NCBI GenBank assembly: GCA_034722415.1
Contig: JAYENY010000006.1
Location: forward strand, 1 to 45,806
DNA from: Patescibacteria group bacterium
Lineage (GTDB): Bacteria; Patescibacteriota; Minisyncoccia; Minisyncoccales; PEYH01
Length of the DNA stretch: 45,806 nt
Reading direction: 5' to 3'
The notes under the pieces were generated by a model. That model made no database searches. It was not told the DNA's origin and saw only the letters and a program-made list of their open reading frames with translations. Position 1 is the first letter of the stretch. Each line of letters begins with the position of its first letter. Positions 43,452 to 45,806 of this stretch are shown here, one piece after another. The position numbers were made by a program, and so were the translations under genes.

Positions 43452-44687
43452 CTATAAATTACCCCTTAATCGTTCTGCTGAAAGTATTTTTTTAATAGCT
43501 AGAATATAGGATAATGTTCTTAAATCAATTCTCTCTTGTTTCTCTTGGAAAAAACTAAAAACTTTTTTCCACGAAGAAATCATTTTCGATTCAAATAGTC
43601 CTTCTAAGTATTTTTCGTCTAGAATATTTCCGGTTCTATTCTGTGTCCATTCAAAATAGCTAGCTACCACACCTCCAGCGTTAACCAAAATATCTGGAAT
43701 AATTTTAACTCCCTTATTAAAAAGAATTTTATCCGCGTCGTAAGTAATTGGCCCATTAGCTATCTCAATAATATATTCAGACTGAATTCGATCAACATTT
43801 TCTTTAGTGATTTGATTTTCTAACGCTGCAAGAACCAATACATCTACTTTTAATTCTAACAATTCTTCATTACTTACTTTTCTACCATTAAAATCAGCAC
43901 TCACTTCTTTCTTTTCGTTTTTAACTTTTGACAAACCTTTAATATCTAACCCTTTTTCATCGTGTACTCCTCCTTTGCTGTCACTCACCGCAACAACCTT
44001 AAAACCACTTTCATTAAGCATGCGTGCAATATTTTGTCCTGCATTGCCGAATCCTTGGATAGCAAATGTTAATTCTTTTTTTTGCTCTCCTATTAAATCT
44101 TTAACAACCTCTTTAATAACAATAAATGCACCTTTAGCTGTTGCATCATCTCGCAGGGAGCAGCCCTGCAATTCTAATGGTTTACCAGTAATCATTCCAG
44201 GTTCATGATGCCCAACCTTTTTCTCATATTCATCTAACATCCATGCCATTATTTGAGAGTTGGTGTAAACATCAGGCGCAGGGATGTCAATATCTTGTCC
44301 CAATACATTAAAAAAACCATCAACAAATTTCCGACTAATTTCTTGCAATGTTTCGGAATCTACTTCTTTTGGATTAAATTTAACTCCTCCCTTGGCTCCA
44401 CCATAAGGCAAGTCAACCAAAGAATTTTTTATCATCATCCAAAAAGATAAAGATTTTACCTCGTCCTCAGAAACATTGGGATGAAAACGGATTCCCCCTT
44501 TCCCTGGCCCCAAGGCATCACTAAAAAGAATCCGCCAAGCTAATATTTTTTTACCATCAATATTTAACTCATCCTTACTGATTCTTTTAGGAATTGAAAG
44601 TAATTCTATTTCTTTGTCACTTAATTTTTCAATTTTTTGAATATCCTCTAATCTGCGGAGAATATTATCAAATATTTTTGTTGCCAT
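43452..44687 (-). CDS. Glu/Leu/Phe/Val dehydrogenase family enzyme, glutamate dehydrogenase-like
   Basis: Track ORF of 411 aa. GPGKGGIRFHP and LPYGGAKGG motifs, plus the GFGNAG Rossmann motif. Confidence 0.88.
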   Translation of the reverse strand: MATKIFDNILRRLEDIQKIEKLSDKEIELLSIPKRISKDELNIDGKKILAWRILFSDALGPGKGGIRFHPNVSEDEVKSLSFWMMIKNSLVDLPYGGAKGGVKFNPKEVDSETLQEISRKFVDGFFNVLGQDIDIPAPDVYTNSQIMAWMLDEYEKKVGHHEPGMITGKPLELQGCSLRDDATAKGAFIVIKEVVKDLIGEQKKELTFAIQGFGNAGQNIARMLNESGFKVVAVSDSKGGVHDEKGLDIKGLSKVKNEKKEVSADFNGRKVSNEELLELKVDVLVLAALENQITKENVDRIQSEYIIEIANGPITYDADKILFNKGVKIIPDILVNAGGVVASYFEWTQNRTGNILDEKYLEGLFESKMISSWKKVFSFFQEKQERIDLRTLSYILAIKKILSAERLRGNL

Positions 44688-44726
44688 AAACTTTTCTCAA
44701 TTTAATTTTAAAATATCAGAAATAAA

Positions 44727-45056
44727 TTAAATTTCTTTTTCAAGTTCAGACTTAAAAACTTCCTTAGCTCTTAATCCTATGAATTCCTTTATAATCTTTC
44801 CGTCTTTGAAAAGCTTCATATTTGGAATGCCTTGAATATCATATTCAACTGCTAGCTCGGTATGCTCAGGATTCGCTGTATCTAACTTTGCAATCTTTAA
44901 TTTTCCATCTAATTCTTCTGATAATTCGTCTAGTATTGGAATCATCATAAGGCAAGGCTGACACCACGGCGCCCAAAAATCAACCAAAACAGGAATTTCT
45001 GATTTTAAAACTTCTTGTTCAAAATTCTCTTTAGTTAGGTCTATTGTTTTTGACAT
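44727..45056 (-). CDS. trxA: thioredoxin (active site WCQPC)
   Basis: Track ORF of 109 aa. VLVDFWAPWCQPC. Confidence 0.9.
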   Translation of the reverse strand: MSKTIDLTKENFEQEVLKSEIPVLVDFWAPWCQPCLMMIPILDELSEELDGKLKIAKLDTANPEHTELAVEYDIQGIPNMKLFKDGKIIKEFIGLRAKEVFKSELEKEI

Positions 45057-45085
45057 ATTTTTTTTAAATTTGAATTTTAATCCTA

Positions 45086-45328
45086 TTAATTCTTAATTAA
45101 CTCTTTAAAAAACTTTTTGCAAACTTCGTCTTTCTTCCCCTTTTTACACGACCCAAGGCAATCAACAAATTCTTCCTCAAGATATTTAAGAGATAAAGAA
45201 TCTATAGCGGATCGCGCTGCTTTCATCTGGGCCAAGACGGCGAAACAACCCTTTTTTTCTTTTATCATTTTATCTAGACCCTTCATTTGACCAACAATGT
45301 TATTAATAAGTTGGTGCTGATTTTTCAT
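45086..45328 (-). CDS. CsoR/RcnR/CstR-family (DUF156) metal/thiol-sensing transcriptional repressor
   Basis: Track ORF of 80 aa. Helical-bundle pattern. Cys28 and Cys57 have the family's 29-residue spacing. There is no His at the intervening ligand position. Confidence 0.75.
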   Translation of the reverse strand: MKNQHQLINNIVGQMKGLDKMIKEKKGCFAVLAQMKAARSAIDSLSLKYLEEEFVDCLGSCKKGKKDEVCKKFFKELIKN

Positions 45329-45370
45329 ATTTTTTTAGTTATTATTTGACAGTTAATTTTAATTATCCAT

Positions 45371-45400
45371 ATTTTATCATACACCCCCATAGGGTGTCAA
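45371..45400 (-). promoter_or_regulatory. promoter (TTGACA-N18-TAAAAT) with an embedded G/C-tract inverted repeat, the putative operator of the CsoR-family repressor
   Basis: ACACCC-CCATA-GGGTGT at 45381-45397. Minus-strand TTGACA at 45395-45400 and TAAAAT at 45371-45376. Resembles the GC-tract palindromes bound by CsoR-type repressors. Confidence 0.55.
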
Positions 45401-45446
45401 GAGGATAAACAATAATTGGGGATAAATTTCCGAAAAAAATATATTT

Positions 45447-45806
45447 CTATTTATTTGTATCCCCTATAAATTCTTTGCAAATGATATAGAATTCTCTACT
45501 TTGCTTTCTTGTGGCCTCAGGGCTAAACCTTTTAACTGTCTTAAAATAATCTTTTAAGATTTTAACAAATCTTGCGGTCTCTTCGCTTTCAAATATCTTC
45601 AAAACTAAATGGCCCTTTTTCTTTAAAAATCTTTTGGCAATTTTAAACGTTTCTTCTGATAATTCGAGAGATTCATCAGCGTCTGCAAATTTAACTCCAG
45701 TGGTTTTTGGAGCCATGTCATAAACTATTACATCAAATATTACTTCCTTACTTAAAAATTTTAAAATCTCTCCATTTTTTTGACTAGATAAAACTTCTCT
45801 AATATC
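45447..45806 (-). CDS. rlmE: RlmE/FtsJ-type rRNA 2'-O-methyltransferase, C-terminal part (the N-terminus lies beyond the window's right edge)
   Basis: The track ORF starts at an internal Met. The reading frame stays open to the window edge (...FDVIVYDMAPKTTGV...LVLKIFESE...), as in FtsJ-like methyltransferases. Confidence 0.7.
   Translation of the reverse strand, partial: DIREVLSSQKNGEILKFLSKEVIFDVIVYDMAPKTTGVKFADADESLELSEETFKIAKRFLKKKGHLVLKIFESEETARFVKILKDYFKTVKRFSPEATRKQSREFYIICKEFIGDTNK

Noticed and set aside
651-44450. The many 61-135-aa track ORFs lying antisense to, or out of frame within, recognised genes (for example 651..869, 3077..3271, 6417..6698, 7153..7389, 9937..10293, 12039..12434, 17083..17736, 21591..21890, 35918..36325, 38820..39119, 43975..44208)
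   Set aside because: Each is fully embedded in a confidently identified gene on the other strand or in another frame. Their compositions (F/L/I/S/N-rich) are what is expected from reading AT-rich coding DNA in a wrong frame. None has an SD or promoter context.
1-45806. CRISPR arrays, tRNA/rRNA genes, transposases, integrases, reverse transcriptases or DGR repeats, prophage genes, and known defence systems
   Set aside because: I scanned every intergenic region longer than about 40 nt and all ORF translations. I found no direct-repeat/spacer periodicity, no tRNA-like T-arm sequences and no recognisable mobile-element or defence protein signatures. Absence cannot be proven without tRNAscan/Infernal/HMM searches.

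Overview
AT-rich bacterial chromosome segment in which nearly every gene lies on the minus strand. The left and centre hold a near-complete str-S10-spc-alpha ribosomal super-operon, read right to left: rpsL-rpsG-fusA-tuf-rpsJ-rplC...rpsE-rplO-secY-adk-map...infA-rpmJ-rpsM-rpsK-rpsD-rpoA. There is no rpmD (L30) between rpsE and rplO. Together with many tiny or overlapping intergenic gaps, this suggests a streamlined CPR/Patescibacteria-like genome (inference only). The map-infA junction is interrupted by about 6.7 kb of co-directional genes: a glycosyltransferase, a GalT-like enzyme, tpiA, a YkuK-like protein, a short alaS and a membrane protein. The right half carries a site-2 protease, rpmB, a membrane-anchored serpin, a HIT protein, iscS-iscU-mnmA, ndk and a ComEC-type MBL protein. 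It continues with a DUF5320/DUF134/split-permease cluster, a thioredoxin-CcdA fusion, a ferredoxin, a Na+/Ca2+ exchanger plus a P-type Ca-ATPase, and an RRM protein. It ends with a redox operon (CsoR-family regulator, trxA, glutamate dehydrogenase, trxB, rubrerythrin) and a partial rlmE. I recognised no rRNA, tRNA, CRISPR array, transposase, integrase or known defence genes. The most unusual content is four short, visibly G+C-richer, self-contained cassettes at about 8.4-9.0 kb, 19.5-19.8 kb, 26.3-26.7 kb and 28.4-28.9 kb. Each has a consensus-like promoter, a strong GGGAGG or GGAGG Shine-Dalgarno site, a small ORF or ORFs, and an intrinsic terminator. The surrounding housekeeping genes lack any Shine-Dalgarno sequence. 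One cassette sits antisense inside the S10 operon between rplC and rplD. Another has a roughly 200-nt structured leader or possible ncRNA. These are my best candidates for something undescribed. I cannot assign them a function from sequence alone.
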